Assembly: GCA_044351885.1 (NCBI GenBank) | Contig: JBILEW010000011.1 | Span: 2,180 to 66,179 of the forward strand | Direction: 5' to 3' | DNA from: Bdellovibrionota bacterium | GTDB taxonomy: Bacteria; Bdellovibrionota_C; UBA2361; OMII01 | DNA: 64,000 bases | Shown: piece by piece, positions 18,527 through 27,647 of the stretch | Position numbering within the stretch: position 1 is the first letter of the stretch | How the letters are laid out: every line of letters begins with the position of its first letter | Program-made: the position numbers and the translations under genes | Notes under the pieces: generated by a model | Databases searched by the model: none | The model's input: only the letters and a program-made list of their open reading frames with translations | What the model was told of the DNA's origin: nothing

Positions 18527-20275
18527 CTACACTCCCTTATGAGTCGACATGAATCCCTTCAAACGGAGGTCTGAGGCAGCTCCCTCCACGCGTCCGGTGA
18601 GACCGAGGACCGGCAACTGAGGAGAAAGCTCTTCAACCAGGCCTTGTATCCTCTCCCGCGCCTCGCTCTCTGGATCCTGAGAACCTTGGTCAGATGTCCC
18701 GTTGGAAGATTCTGAGCCATTCTCTCCATTGGTGGCACCACCTAACGCAAACATCTCGTGCAGCCACACCGAGGTATTGAACACGAGCGACACCTGTTGG
18801 TCTTCCAGGGTTCCCTCTTTGATCCCACGCAGATCTCGAATGGACAGTGACTGCTTCTCACAAGAGGCTCGCATGCGGCCCAGGAGCGCATCCGAGGAGG
18901 CCGCAATCCAGACAGCACCACCTGCGCACGTGGTCGAAACACCTTTGCTCGAAACGAAGTCACCAGGACGAACAGCCACGTCTGGACCAGCAGGAGCAAC
19001 GACGGCTAGACCGACATCGAAACGCCTGTCCTTTCCAGAAACGTCCCACACCAATCCCAAGCCCGAAGCGTCGGTAGCGTGGGCTGTCTGAACACTCCAC
19101 TCGGCAACCGGTTTCTCGAGCGGAAGATGCGCGCTGAGAGCTACCGTCGCCATGGCGTCGTGCGGAAGCGCCGCAAGAACCCCACTCGCAGTATGCGGAG
19201 CCAAGGCGTCGAAGATTCGTGCTCGTGGTACGGTTGCTCCAGATAGCTCGCTTGCCGTTGCCGAAAGCTCGAAAGATATCGAGAGCGGCCACTCGGGAGC
19301 CCCCACACTCGAAACCAGAAGTTTATCCATGAAGCTTTCGGGACGCAGCACTGCGACGACACTCCCCTGCTCGCGTGGTGCTGCGAAGGCGTTCTGCGCC
19401 ATCACGTTGAGCAAGCCCTCTAAACTCGAGCCAACCACCACAATATTTCCTTTTTGGGTCAGGAAAAGAGGGCGTCCGTAGAGGCGGATCTCGATCAGAG
19501 GCTGTTCGTACCCTACAGTGGTGTACGCCGTCGCAGCCAATCCGCGAATCAGGATCGGGAGAGCTTTGTCCACCAGGTGTGCTTTCGTACGATCGAATGC
19601 GAAGACAAGACCTCCCGCACCATGCACAAGATCGTAGTGAAACGAAGCGTCTGCAGTGACCGCATCACGTATCAAAGGCTGAAGAAACTCGCCCTTCCAA
19701 TCATCGAGCTGAAGCTCATCGGCCCGCACCTTCAAAACATCGGCGAACTGTTTTACCATCCCCTTCCACAGAGCAGATTGACGGAAGGCTGTCACTTTCG
19801 GGTTCGACTCATACCACGCGAGTGCGTCCGCCCCACGAACTAAGAAAACCGAGGCTGCGACAGGATTTCGAAATACGCGCCACGTTGCAACCAGTGGGCA
19901 AGGCACCGGTGTTGGCTCCCAAGGGTAAGGCTTTCGTTTCGGAGGAGTGACCCCGAGATCTCCACCGACAACATCCTGGCACTGGCTCGGAGCCGCGGTC
20001 GCCGAGCCGCTGGCAGTTTCACTTAGCGGAGTGGCGGTGGCGCTACTCGGGACCTCACTACTAATTGACGATCTCTTCGGGGCCGTCGTATCCAAAAACG
20101 CCACGTGCAACTCGAGGACGGGAACATCCGGCGACAAGGCATCGCGTAGCGAGTATCCCCTCAGAAAACGCCCCATCGCCATGACTGCACAGGTCACGAG
20201 GAACGCCACTAGGGCAAGTATGACTACGATACGAACGGCGCGGGGCTTACCCCCTTCGGCCTGAATCTCTTCCAC
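18527..20275 (-). CDS. membrane-anchored hypothetical protein (582 aa) of the A2M operon, YfaA/DUF2138-like by size and position only
   Basis: An N-terminal TM anchor (KPRAVRIVVILALVAFLVTCAVMAM) is followed by a low-complexity S/T/A linker. The stop is 2 nt before the A2M start. No motif was recognised by eye. Confidence 0.6.
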   Translation of the reverse strand: MEEIQAEGGKPRAVRIVVILALVAFLVTCAVMAMGRFLRGYSLRDALSPDVPVLELHVAFLDTTAPKRSSISSEVPSSATATPLSETASGSATAAPSQCQDVVGGDLGVTPPKRKPYPWEPTPVPCPLVATWRVFRNPVAASVFLVRGADALAWYESNPKVTAFRQSALWKGMVKQFADVLKVRADELQLDDWKGEFLQPLIRDAVTADASFHYDLVHGAGGLVFAFDRTKAHLVDKALPILIRGLAATAYTTVGYEQPLIEIRLYGRPLFLTQKGNIVVVGSSLEGLLNVMAQNAFAAPREQGSVVAVLRPESFMDKLLVSSVGAPEWPLSISFELSATASELSGATVPRARIFDALAPHTASGVLAALPHDAMATVALSAHLPLEKPVAEWSVQTAHATDASGLGLVWDVSGKDRRFDVGLAVVAPAGPDVAVRPGDFVSSKGVSTTCAGGAVWIAASSDALLGRMRASCEKQSLSIRDLRGIKEGTLEDQQVSLVFNTSVWLHEMFALGGATNGENGSESSNGTSDQGSQDPESEARERIQGLVEELSPQLPVLGLTGRVEGAASDLRLKGFMSTHKGV

Positions 20276-21834
20276 TCGAACACTCCAAGAAAATGCGGAT
20301 TACTTGCTACTGGCATCCAAATCGGATCTGGTGAGGTCGAAAGCTCCGAAAGACGCACGACCCTTACAGCTGGCGGAACCGGTTTCGGCACGACCCCGAC
20401 CCTTCTGGGAATCACCTCCGGCTCACTTCCGGTGTGGTACACCACAACCCCTCGCCGAACATCTGGGCCGCCGAAGATCATCAAATGATACGGACTCTCT
20501 CCATCGAGATCTTTTCTGAAAGCGAGGATGTCACCGCTTTCGGCCTGCGATACATCCCGTCCCTTGAGTCGAAAGTTGTACCCGATCAAGGTCTCCGCAT
20601 CAGCGAAAAAGTCAAAGCGCGGAGAGCCGTCGCTGCTGAACCCGGTGTGCCACAAGCTCGGATACATCGGCAGGAGAAGCTTGGTCGGATATCGGAGCGC
20701 CGGAAAGGCTACGGGCCTATAGAATATCTCCTTTACCTGCTCCGAGGTTCGCGGACTCACAGACTCCTTGTACGCAAAGCGCACGAGCCCCGCACAATCC
20801 CTCTGCTCTCGCTGCCACCGCACACTAGACCGCTGCGCCTGCGCCAACGCTACGAGAGCCACATTGTCACGCACTACACGCTCCTCATCGCGCGGCAGGA
20901 ACGCCACCTCTCCTCCACCGTCACCGGAGGAACCTTCCCTCAACTTCGGTTCGATCTCGCGCTGATACCTCGCAACTTCTTCGGGCTTGTCCTTCGGATC
21001 ATCCTGACCTGGGGCGAACACCTTGACGGGCAATCCATTCGGCTGCACGACGACGTACGCCAAGGTCTGCGTCTCTCCCGGGCGCGCCAGCGGCCTACGC
21101 ACACGCCTGCGCGCCTCCGATGGGAGACCTTCGTTCGTAATGATATCGAGATTAGCCAACGTATGCTGAACCGCCCCACCCGGCCAATAATTCGTATCGA
21201 TGCGAAAAACTCCCACACCTGGGGCGGGGTGTACGTAGAGATACGGTCCGTAACCCGGCTGGTCGAAGGAGTCGCCCTGCTCATTCAGGAAGAACATCCC
21301 ACCAGTGGGGGAATTGGTACTCGCCCAGTACACGTGCGTACCGTCGGGCTCGTACAGATGCAGGTCCGTGTAGACCCCATCAGTATCGCTCGTGAGCACT
21401 ACCTTGAACGGTAGCGGCGGCATGACACCCGTAATCGTTCTCGATACCGTCGCCGTGCCACCCTTGTTCACGCACTCCACGGTGACGTTGTTCTCTCCTC
21501 TAGCAGCAGGGAACTTACGGGAGAACACTCCGCCGTTCGGGCGTAGGTAATACCGCACGCCGTTGATCGACACGACGATCGGATCTGCCGTAGCATCCGA
21601 GCACTGCCCCTTCACCTCGAGCATATAGCTAGAGGTCCATCCACCCGTCGGCTGTTCGAGCGTGAGGGTCGGAGCGGTCGTACCCGTTCCTCCGATAATC
21701 TTCCCACGTCTACTCAACACATCAGGCACCGTCGACGGGGTTGCCCGAGCGACTGAAACACAAGATAGGAGAGTTGCAGCACAGAGCAACACACGGAAAC
21801 AACTGTGACCTTTGACCATCATTTGGATCGGCAC
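20224..21834 (-). CDS. secreted fusion protein (536 aa): DUF2135-like (YfaP-type) domain plus DUF1175/NlpC-P60-like (YfaT-type) domain
   Basis: Signal peptide: MVKGHSCFRVLLCAATLLSCVSVARA. The middle segment TDLHLYEPDGTHVYWASTNSPTGGMFFLNEQGDSFDQPGYGPYLYV resembles DUF2135 (DLDLhv-EP-G--vyy...GG-ls-D-t-GYGPE). The C-terminus has DCAGLVRFAYKESV ... GDILAFRKD...PYHLMIFGG...VVYHTG, the Cys/His pattern of DUF1175 and NlpC/P60. Confidence 0.65.
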   Translation of the reverse strand: MPIQMMVKGHSCFRVLLCAATLLSCVSVARATPSTVPDVLSRRGKIIGGTGTTAPTLTLEQPTGGWTSSYMLEVKGQCSDATADPIVVSINGVRYYLRPNGGVFSRKFPAARGENNVTVECVNKGGTATVSRTITGVMPPLPFKVVLTSDTDGVYTDLHLYEPDGTHVYWASTNSPTGGMFFLNEQGDSFDQPGYGPYLYVHPAPGVGVFRIDTNYWPGGAVQHTLANLDIITNEGLPSEARRRVRRPLARPGETQTLAYVVVQPNGLPVKVFAPGQDDPKDKPEEVARYQREIEPKLREGSSGDGGGEVAFLPRDEERVVRDNVALVALAQAQRSSVRWQREQRDCAGLVRFAYKESVSPRTSEQVKEIFYRPVAFPALRYPTKLLLPMYPSLWHTGFSSDGSPRFDFFADAETLIGYNFRLKGRDVSQAESGDILAFRKDLDGESPYHLMIFGGPDVRRGVVVYHTGSEPEVIPRRVGVVPKPVPPAVRVVRLSELSTSPDPIWMPVASNPHFLGVFEWKRFRPKGVSPAPFVS

Positions 21835-22048
21835 CTTATCGAGGGGGCTCTATTTCGCTGAGCCCCAGAATGTTTCGCACTATTCCACCCTTTTGGGTAT
21901 AGGGATTGTACCGCCTGGGGTCGAGCTAAAGGGCGGGGCCCAGGAAGGGGATACGCCTCCCACGAACAGATCCTTGTGAGGGTTACTGATATCGAAATCC
22001 TATCGCCCTACACCCCTGAACGTATGAATATTCCATCTTCTCCCCCAG

Positions 22049-22222
22049 GGGAGCGAGGCAAAACCTGACACTCTCCCACGTGAACGTGCTCGTGCACCTG
22101 AACGTAAACGTACCCGGAACAAAAACATCAAGTTGTTCGGGCACGTGCACGTTTACGAGCACGAGCAACGTGCACGTGGTATGTCGAAAAGTGAGACCAC
22201 AGATAAGTTCTGCCTCGCTTCC
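22049..22222. repeat. palindromic MITE-like element, B-type copy (B1)
   Basis: About 90% identical to 35421-35600. Outer IR: ggagcgaggcaaaac ... gttctgcctcgcttcc. Hexamer-periodic arms: cacgtgaacgtgctcgtgcacctgaacgtaaacgtacccgg / cgggcacgtgcacgtttacgagcacgagcaacgtgcacgtgg. These flank the loop aacaaaaacatcaagttgtt. Confidence 0.8.
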
Positions 22223-22231
22223 TTAGCTACG

Positions 22232-22249
22232 AAAAAAAAGGGGGGGGGG
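22232..22249 (+). repeat. homopolymer junction A8G10
   Basis: Read directly: g aaaaaaaa gggggggggg c. It is intergenic, 10 nt downstream of element B1 and 189 nt upstream of the ATG at 22438. Confidence 0.9.
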
Positions 22250-22437
22250 CGAATGTCTCGAGTGTGGGCGCAAAAAACTGCCAGAGTGCAACGACCCTCT
22301 GACCGAGCCTCCGATGGACGAGGTCGTACCCTAGACTCGGCTTAACTCCTAGCCTCGCGTCTCTTGCCATTGTTCCTTGCACGTGTCTTCTTCCTCATGC
22401 AATCCTTTGGGAGCTGCGTGAAGAAGGTGGAGGCTCG

Positions 22438-24906
22438 ATGGCTCTCGGTAAACATTTCATAGTTGGTCTCAAAGCGACTCGTCTGACCGAGAGCGAGCGC
22501 GTATTTCTCCGTCGTTACCAACCAGCCGGGGTGATGCTCTTTAGAAAGAACTTCAACTGGGCGGTCGGTTACAAGGAGTGGCTGCGTGAGTTCAAGGACC
22601 TCGTCGATGAGACGCGGGAGTGCATCGGAAGGCCTGACGTCATTATAGCCACCGATTTCGAGGGGGGTCGAGTCAGTCACTTTCCGCCGCCGGTCAACGA
22701 TTTTCCCTTCGCCATGAAGTTTTGCTCGCTCTCTGGAGATGTCGCTCACGCGCAGGCTGAGATCTTGAAAGCTCACGGCTTCAACTTCACCTTCGCTCCA
22801 GTGGTCGACATACACTCCAATCCAGCCAACCCCGTGATCGGACCGCGCGCGTTCGGATGCTCTGCTCGCGAGGTCATAGAGTATGCCCTCCCCTACGCCA
22901 CCGCCATGCTTGCAGAGGGTGTTGTGCCGTGCCCCAAGCACTTTCCTGGCCATGGCGATACAAAGACAGACTCCCACATCCAACTACCGACCCTGGAGCA
23001 CCCGCTGGAGTTCCTACGGACGCGCGAGCTCGTGCCGTTCAAAGCGATGATCGACGCCGGATTTCCGGCCATCATGACCTCTCACGTGGTGTTCAAAGCC
23101 ATTCAGGACGGGCTCCCTGCAACGATGTCGAGCGTCATTTTGCGGGACATCCTGCGAGGCGAGCTAGGCTTCAAGGGCGCAATCTTGAGCGATTGCGTTG
23201 GAGGCATGCGCGCTATTTACGAGAATTTCTCTATCGCTACGCTTACTGAGAAGTTCTTCACAGCCGGCGGCGACATCTTGATCATGTGGGAACGCCCGTA
23301 TCTGAATCATCAGGAGTATTTCGATACCCTCGACTCCCTAGCTCAATCAAATTCTACCGTCGCACAGGCGCTCGAGGCGTCGGAGAAGAGGGTCTCGGAG
23401 CTTCTTGGCAGTCTACGACGTTACGACGTTGTCGGACTCCAACAGGAGGATTTCGACCGGTATCAGGCTCTCATTACGAAGGTGAATACGAAGAGCGCTC
23501 CACTCTTTTTTCAGGAAGCCCCCTACGTTGAGACAGCCCCACCAGCAGAAGAGCCGCTCGTACGAGTAGGAGTCGTACTGCCTGAGGACGAGATCGCTCA
23601 AGAGTTCATCACCTTTCCGTCAGATGGCGAGATCGTCGGAGTGGACGGCGAATGCATCCAGGTGAGCGCCGGTTCCAAGATCGAGATCAACGCTACGCTC
23701 AGTGGGCTCGATCTCTTCGCGTGGAGACCTGAACGCCAGAGGCTCCTGACGATCCCGAACAAGGTCATTTTAAGGACACGTGAGCCTCTAACCTTCGAAC
23801 CGGCTCGCGGTTTCCTGGTTGAACGCGTGGTAGCAGGCAGGATCTTTCACTGGCGCAAGGAGATACCTCAATACCTATCGGGCAAGCTCGAAGTGTACAG
23901 TCAGCGCGGCAAGCTATTAATCGTCAACGAATTACCGTTCGAAGACTATCTAAGTGGTGTCGCTACCGCGGAGATGAGCCCTGATTGTCCGGTAGACACG
24001 CTCAAGGCCCAGGTCATGGTAGCGCGGTCGTACACACTGGCATACATGCATGGCAAGCACCGAGGGGAGCCGTACTCCGTGTGCAACGACGACGATTGCC
24101 AGAGATACCAAGGCACGACGCACGTGTATCCGCACATCCACAAAGCTATTCAAGAGACTCGCGGAGAGGTGATCGTCAGTCAAAACCTCGTCGTGCGCGC
24201 TCACTACAGCAAATGTTGCGGCGGATTCTCGGACTGGCCTGAGGATACATGGGAGGTCTCGGTGCCAGGAATGTCGGGCGACGTCTTCGATGGATCGGGC
24301 TCGGAGATCGCCGCGATGGATCTCTCAGATGAAGCGCAATACAGAGCGTTCCTCGACCTTCCGGCCGATGCGATGAAGGCGGTCTATTGCGCAGTTGACA
24401 ACGTGCCTCCCAGCGAACTCAAGAAGTATCTCGGTTCGGTTGACGAGCAGGGAGAGTATCTTCGTTGGACCTGCGAGGTAAGCGCCGAGCGCCTCTTGAA
24501 GAATCTCCACGAGCGATTAGCAGTTCCGGACGCCGTCGAGGTGTGCGAGATCCGACCGGTTCCGAGTCAGAAGACGGGCAGGATACGCACCCGCTCAGGG
24601 CGAGTGACCGCCATCGACATTGATTACAAGGATCAAACCGGAACTCTCAAGACGATTCACGTACCGCGTGAGTACAATATTCGACGCGCCCTCCACGAGA
24701 GCTTCCTCTTTAGCTCAGCCTTCGTTGCGGAGCACAAGCGCGACGGCAACGGTAAGCTCTCTGGTGTGGCGTTTAGGGGATCGGGTTGGGGCCATGGAGC
24801 CGGGTATTGCCAGATCGGGGCGCTCGGGATGGGCCTTAAAGGGATCCACTACAAGGAGATTATCAGACACTACTTTCCTGGGTGTGAGATTAAGAAGTGC
24901 TATTGA
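22438..24906 (+). CDS. fusion protein (822 aa): N-terminal GH3 beta-N-acetylhexosaminidase (NagZ-like) plus C-terminal SpoIID/LytB domain
   Basis: GH3 motifs: GVMLFRKNF, IATDFEGGRVSHF, KHFPGHGDTKTDSHIQLP. SpoIID motifs: YLSGVATAEM, TLKAQVMVARSYTLAY, VCNDDDCQRYQGT, AHYSKCCGGFS, GSGWGHGAGYCQIGALGMG. A strong SD (ggtggagg) precedes the ATG. Confidence 0.85.
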   Translation: MALGKHFIVGLKATRLTESERVFLRRYQPAGVMLFRKNFNWAVGYKEWLREFKDLVDETRECIGRPDVIIATDFEGGRVSHFPPPVNDFPFAMKFCSLSGDVAHAQAEILKAHGFNFTFAPVVDIHSNPANPVIGPRAFGCSAREVIEYALPYATAMLAEGVVPCPKHFPGHGDTKTDSHIQLPTLEHPLEFLRTRELVPFKAMIDAGFPAIMTSHVVFKAIQDGLPATMSSVILRDILRGELGFKGAILSDCVGGMRAIYENFSIATLTEKFFTAGGDILIMWERPYLNHQEYFDTLDSLAQSNSTVAQALEASEKRVSELLGSLRRYDVVGLQQEDFDRYQALITKVNTKSAPLFFQEAPYVETAPPAEEPLVRVGVVLPEDEIAQEFITFPSDGEIVGVDGECIQVSAGSKIEINATLSGLDLFAWRPERQRLLTIPNKVILRTREPLTFEPARGFLVERVVAGRIFHWRKEIPQYLSGKLEVYSQRGKLLIVNELPFEDYLSGVATAEMSPDCPVDTLKAQVMVARSYTLAYMHGKHRGEPYSVCNDDDCQRYQGTTHVYPHIHKAIQETRGEVIVSQNLVVRAHYSKCCGGFSDWPEDTWEVSVPGMSGDVFDGSGSEIAAMDLSDEAQYRAFLDLPADAMKAVYCAVDNVPPSELKKYLGSVDEQGEYLRWTCEVSAERLLKNLHERLAVPDAVEVCEIRPVPSQKTGRIRTRSGRVTAIDIDYKDQTGTLKTIHVPREYNIRRALHESFLFSSAFVAEHKRDGNGKLSGVAFRGSGWGHGAGYCQIGALGMGLKGIHYKEIIRHYFPGCEIKKCY

Positions 24907-25132
24907 CGAGCGAACGTCGGTTTTGACCCGTCTGTGCGTTCCCCCATTTTCTATCCCGGTGAGACCGTAATCTTGACGGTGGGCACAGACGTGACACAGC
25001 GACGTAGAAGCAGGGCGAAAGCTTCTTGAGGCGAGTTATGCACAATGTCCGTATTTCTTTGAACGAGACAGAAGGCGATGATATTCTATCACTGCTAGGA
25101 GATTATTTTCTCCCGATACTAGGATCTAAAAG

Positions 25133-25882
25133 ATGTCTCTGACTCTCATACTGATAGTCCTCTTGGGGATCGCGCTGATGATCCTCGAGCGCATATTCCC
25201 CGACCAAACGCTCGAGCCAGTTCCGGGGTGGTGGATGCGGGTCATTATCATCAACGTGCTCCAACTAGGGGTCGTTATTCTAGGCGGATACACCTGGAAC
25301 ACCTGGTTTGCCGAGTTTTCCGTGCTCCACACAGACAAGTATCTCTCGCTGCCGCTCCAGGCTATCTGCGGCTATATCGTTATCACCTTTGTCTACTATT
25401 GGTGGCATCGCATTCGGCACGAAAACATGTTTTTGTGGAACACCTGTCACCAGCTCCATCACAGCCCGAGCAGGATTGAGACCATCACCTCGTTCTACAA
25501 GCACCCCCTGGAGCTGATCGTGAACGGCATCTTGATCTCGTCTATCATCTATGGACTGCTCGGGGTCACCACAGAAGCGGGTGCATGGATAACGTTCATT
25601 ACCGCTGCTGCCGAATACTTCTACCACATGAACATAAAGACCCCCCATTGGATCGGCTATGTACTCCAACGCCCCGAGATGCATCGTATTCATCATGAGC
25701 GTGGCAAGCATTACAGCAACTTCTCCGATCTACCGGTTTGGGATATGCTCTTTGGAACGTATCAAAATCCGCCGACGGTAAATACGCCGTGCGGATTCGT
25801 CACAGAGCGGGAGTTACTGCTAACCGACATGCTCCTGTGTAAGAATGTAAACAAGCGACCCCGTGACCATGCACCTCGCTAA
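25133..25882 (+). CDS. fatty acid hydroxylase / sterol desaturase superfamily membrane protein (249 aa)
   Basis: His boxes WWHRIRHE, CHQLHHSP and HRIHHERGKHYSNF, followed by FSDLPVWDMLFGTY. Confidence 0.8.
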   Translation: MSLTLILIVLLGIALMILERIFPDQTLEPVPGWWMRVIIINVLQLGVVILGGYTWNTWFAEFSVLHTDKYLSLPLQAICGYIVITFVYYWWHRIRHENMFLWNTCHQLHHSPSRIETITSFYKHPLELIVNGILISSIIYGLLGVTTEAGAWITFITAAAEYFYHMNIKTPHWIGYVLQRPEMHRIHHERGKHYSNFSDLPVWDMLFGTYQNPPTVNTPCGFVTERELLLTDMLLCKNVNKRPRDHAPR

Positions 25883-26354
25883 ACACCTCTCACGGCTCTT
25901 CGCGTATTGCGTCGTCGGTGTCGGTGCATTGCAGAGCGTTGCCTATCTGCTCGACATACCGGTGTTGCGAGGCTTCGCTCAAGCTACCGCCGCTTCACCC
26001 CTACCGTTGGTTTTCTCTCATTACCGCGGGCTCGAGACGTTCTCTCCTCGTTTCTCGATCCTCAGAAAAGCGCCGGATGGAATTACCGAGGAGCTGCCTA
26101 TCTCGCCGCAGCTCTATGCAACCCTGCCGGGGCCCTACAATCGGCGGAATGTATACGGAGCTGCTTTCGCCTACGGCGCGGTTCAACGAACTCCCGAAGA
26201 GCGTGCGCTCGTAAACAGAGTGCTGTCCTACGCCATGTGTCCTGGAGGCCCTATACGTTCTTTGATGAAAGGGTCACCCGACGACACGTTGAGTGTGATT
26301 GTCGTTCCAAAGGGTGCATCTGATCGTCTGGAGATACCGGTGGAGTGCAGATGA
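25863..26354 (+). CDS. hypothetical protein with N-terminal TM/signal anchor (163 aa)
   Basis: The ORF overlaps both neighbours (by 20 nt and 10 nt) on the same strand, suggesting operon membership. No motif recognised. Confidence 0.5.
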   Translation: MTMHLAKHLSRLFAYCVVGVGALQSVAYLLDIPVLRGFAQATAASPLPLVFSHYRGLETFSPRFSILRKAPDGITEELPISPQLYATLPGPYNRRNVYGAAFAYGAVQRTPEERALVNRVLSYAMCPGGPIRSLMKGSPDDTLSVIVVPKGASDRLEIPVECR

Positions 26355-27556
26355 CCTATCGTTTATTTCCACGATGTGCTCGCTGGGTCCTCGCAACGTA
26401 CCTGATCATCCATTTCGGCATGCTCGTTCCGTATGCGACGGAGCTGTTCTCTCGGGAAGGTGTCATAAAAAATATCGAGCTGTTGCCAAGCTACGGAAAG
26501 GTTCCAAATCTCCTCTTTTTCAAGGATTCTCCGGGTTTCGTCTTAGCCAGCTTGATTGCGTTGATCGCTCTTTCAGCAGCGCTCTATGCAGACCGCTTGG
26601 TCCGGCCCGCGGCTTTTCTTGTGTGGATCGGCTGGGCCTCGCTGCTCGGAAGGAATCCATTCATAAGTAATCCGAGCATACCCTATATCGGATTCATCCT
26701 CTTGGCACTTGCAGCTACGCCCCGAGGTGATCGCTCCATCCAGAGCCTGATGCATCGCACGTTGTGGATACTTCTAGCCGTTGGTTACTCCGTCAGCGGC
26801 CTTCACAAGCTCGGCAGCCCGAGCTGGGTTGACGGAAGCGCCTTGAACGAGTTGCTCCACAATCCGCTCTCGAGGGTCTCGCCCTTAACCGATATCCTTC
26901 GCGAGTCGCCTCAGGTGCTCCTTAAGGCCGCCACTTGGTTGGCCCTGTGTGTCGAGATTCTCTTCGCGCCCTTTGCGCTGTTTGCAAAGAGTCGTCCGTG
27001 GATATGGCTTACCGCCGTAGCTATGCATCTCGGCATCCTGCTTGTCGTGGATTTCGCGGATCTCACCGCCGCGATGCTTATCACGCATCTCTTCGTATTT
27101 AATCCGAGCTGGCTACAGGTTCGCGCTGCTCGTGCAGGCGAGAGCGTGGAGAAGTCACTAACACCAGCCGGTCCTGTGGTGTTCTACGACGGCGCGTGCG
27201 GACTGTGTAACCGCTTCGTGCAGTGGCTGCTTGCCCAAGACACCCAGCAGCAGTTCTCTTTCGCCGCTCTGCAGGGGGAGTATGCAGCAAAGATACTACC
27301 ACCTGAACTATCCCAATCTCTCTCGACCGTAGTGGTGCGCACCTACGAGGGCAAGCTCCTGAGCCGCTCGTCCGCCGTAATTTACATCTGCCGAGTATTA
27401 GGAGACGTGTGGGCGCTTGCAGCGCTTGGCCTCCTGATTCCCCGCTTCTTGCGAGACCGCGCGTATGCGCTCGTTGCTCGTTATCGCCACCGCCTCTTTC
27501 CACCGCCCGAGGCGTGTCAGCTACCGAGCGCGCAGGAGAGAGCAAGGTTCCTTTAG
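26345..27556 (+). CDS. fusion (403 aa): polytopic HTTM/SdpB-like membrane domain plus C-terminal DCC1-like thiol-disulfide oxidoreductase (DUF393)
   Basis: The C-terminal segment PVVFYDGACGLCNRFVQWLLAQD...FSFAALQGEYA is the DUF393/YuxK CxxC signature. The N-terminal ~270 aa are multi-TM, with WVDGSALNELL and HLGILLVVDF segments reminiscent of HTTM-like domains. The HTTM assignment is the less certain of the two. Confidence 0.65.
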   Translation: MQMTYRLFPRCARWVLATYLIIHFGMLVPYATELFSREGVIKNIELLPSYGKVPNLLFFKDSPGFVLASLIALIALSAALYADRLVRPAAFLVWIGWASLLGRNPFISNPSIPYIGFILLALAATPRGDRSIQSLMHRTLWILLAVGYSVSGLHKLGSPSWVDGSALNELLHNPLSRVSPLTDILRESPQVLLKAATWLALCVEILFAPFALFAKSRPWIWLTAVAMHLGILLVVDFADLTAAMLITHLFVFNPSWLQVRAARAGESVEKSLTPAGPVVFYDGACGLCNRFVQWLLAQDTQQQFSFAALQGEYAAKILPPELSQSLSTVVVRTYEGKLLSRSSAVIYICRVLGDVWALAALGLLIPRFLRDRAYALVARYRHRLFPPPEACQLPSAQERARFL

Positions 27557-27647
27557 TACGCTCTAAGGAGGCGAGCCCGCTTGAGTCGAAAGCGGATCTT
27601 GGATTGTTCGTCTTGACCCATATCGCACAGCCTTCTAGCCTCAGACT

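Noticed and set aside
20434-21414. 326-aa ORF on the + strand. Similar long antisense ORFs lie at 13873-14598, 36626-37447, 37968-38630, 41615-42544, 41956-43011, 51668-52630 and 52522-53079.
   Set aside because: All lie entirely antisense to much longer ORFs that have recognisable domains. Their products are low-complexity and Arg/Ser/Pro-rich, as expected for shadow ORFs in GC-rich DNA.
22342-22983. 213-aa minus-strand ORF overlapping the 5' part of the NagZ-SpoIID gene.
   Set aside because: It is antisense to a region with clear GH3 motifs, has no motif of its own, and extends into the intergenic region without a convincing SD.
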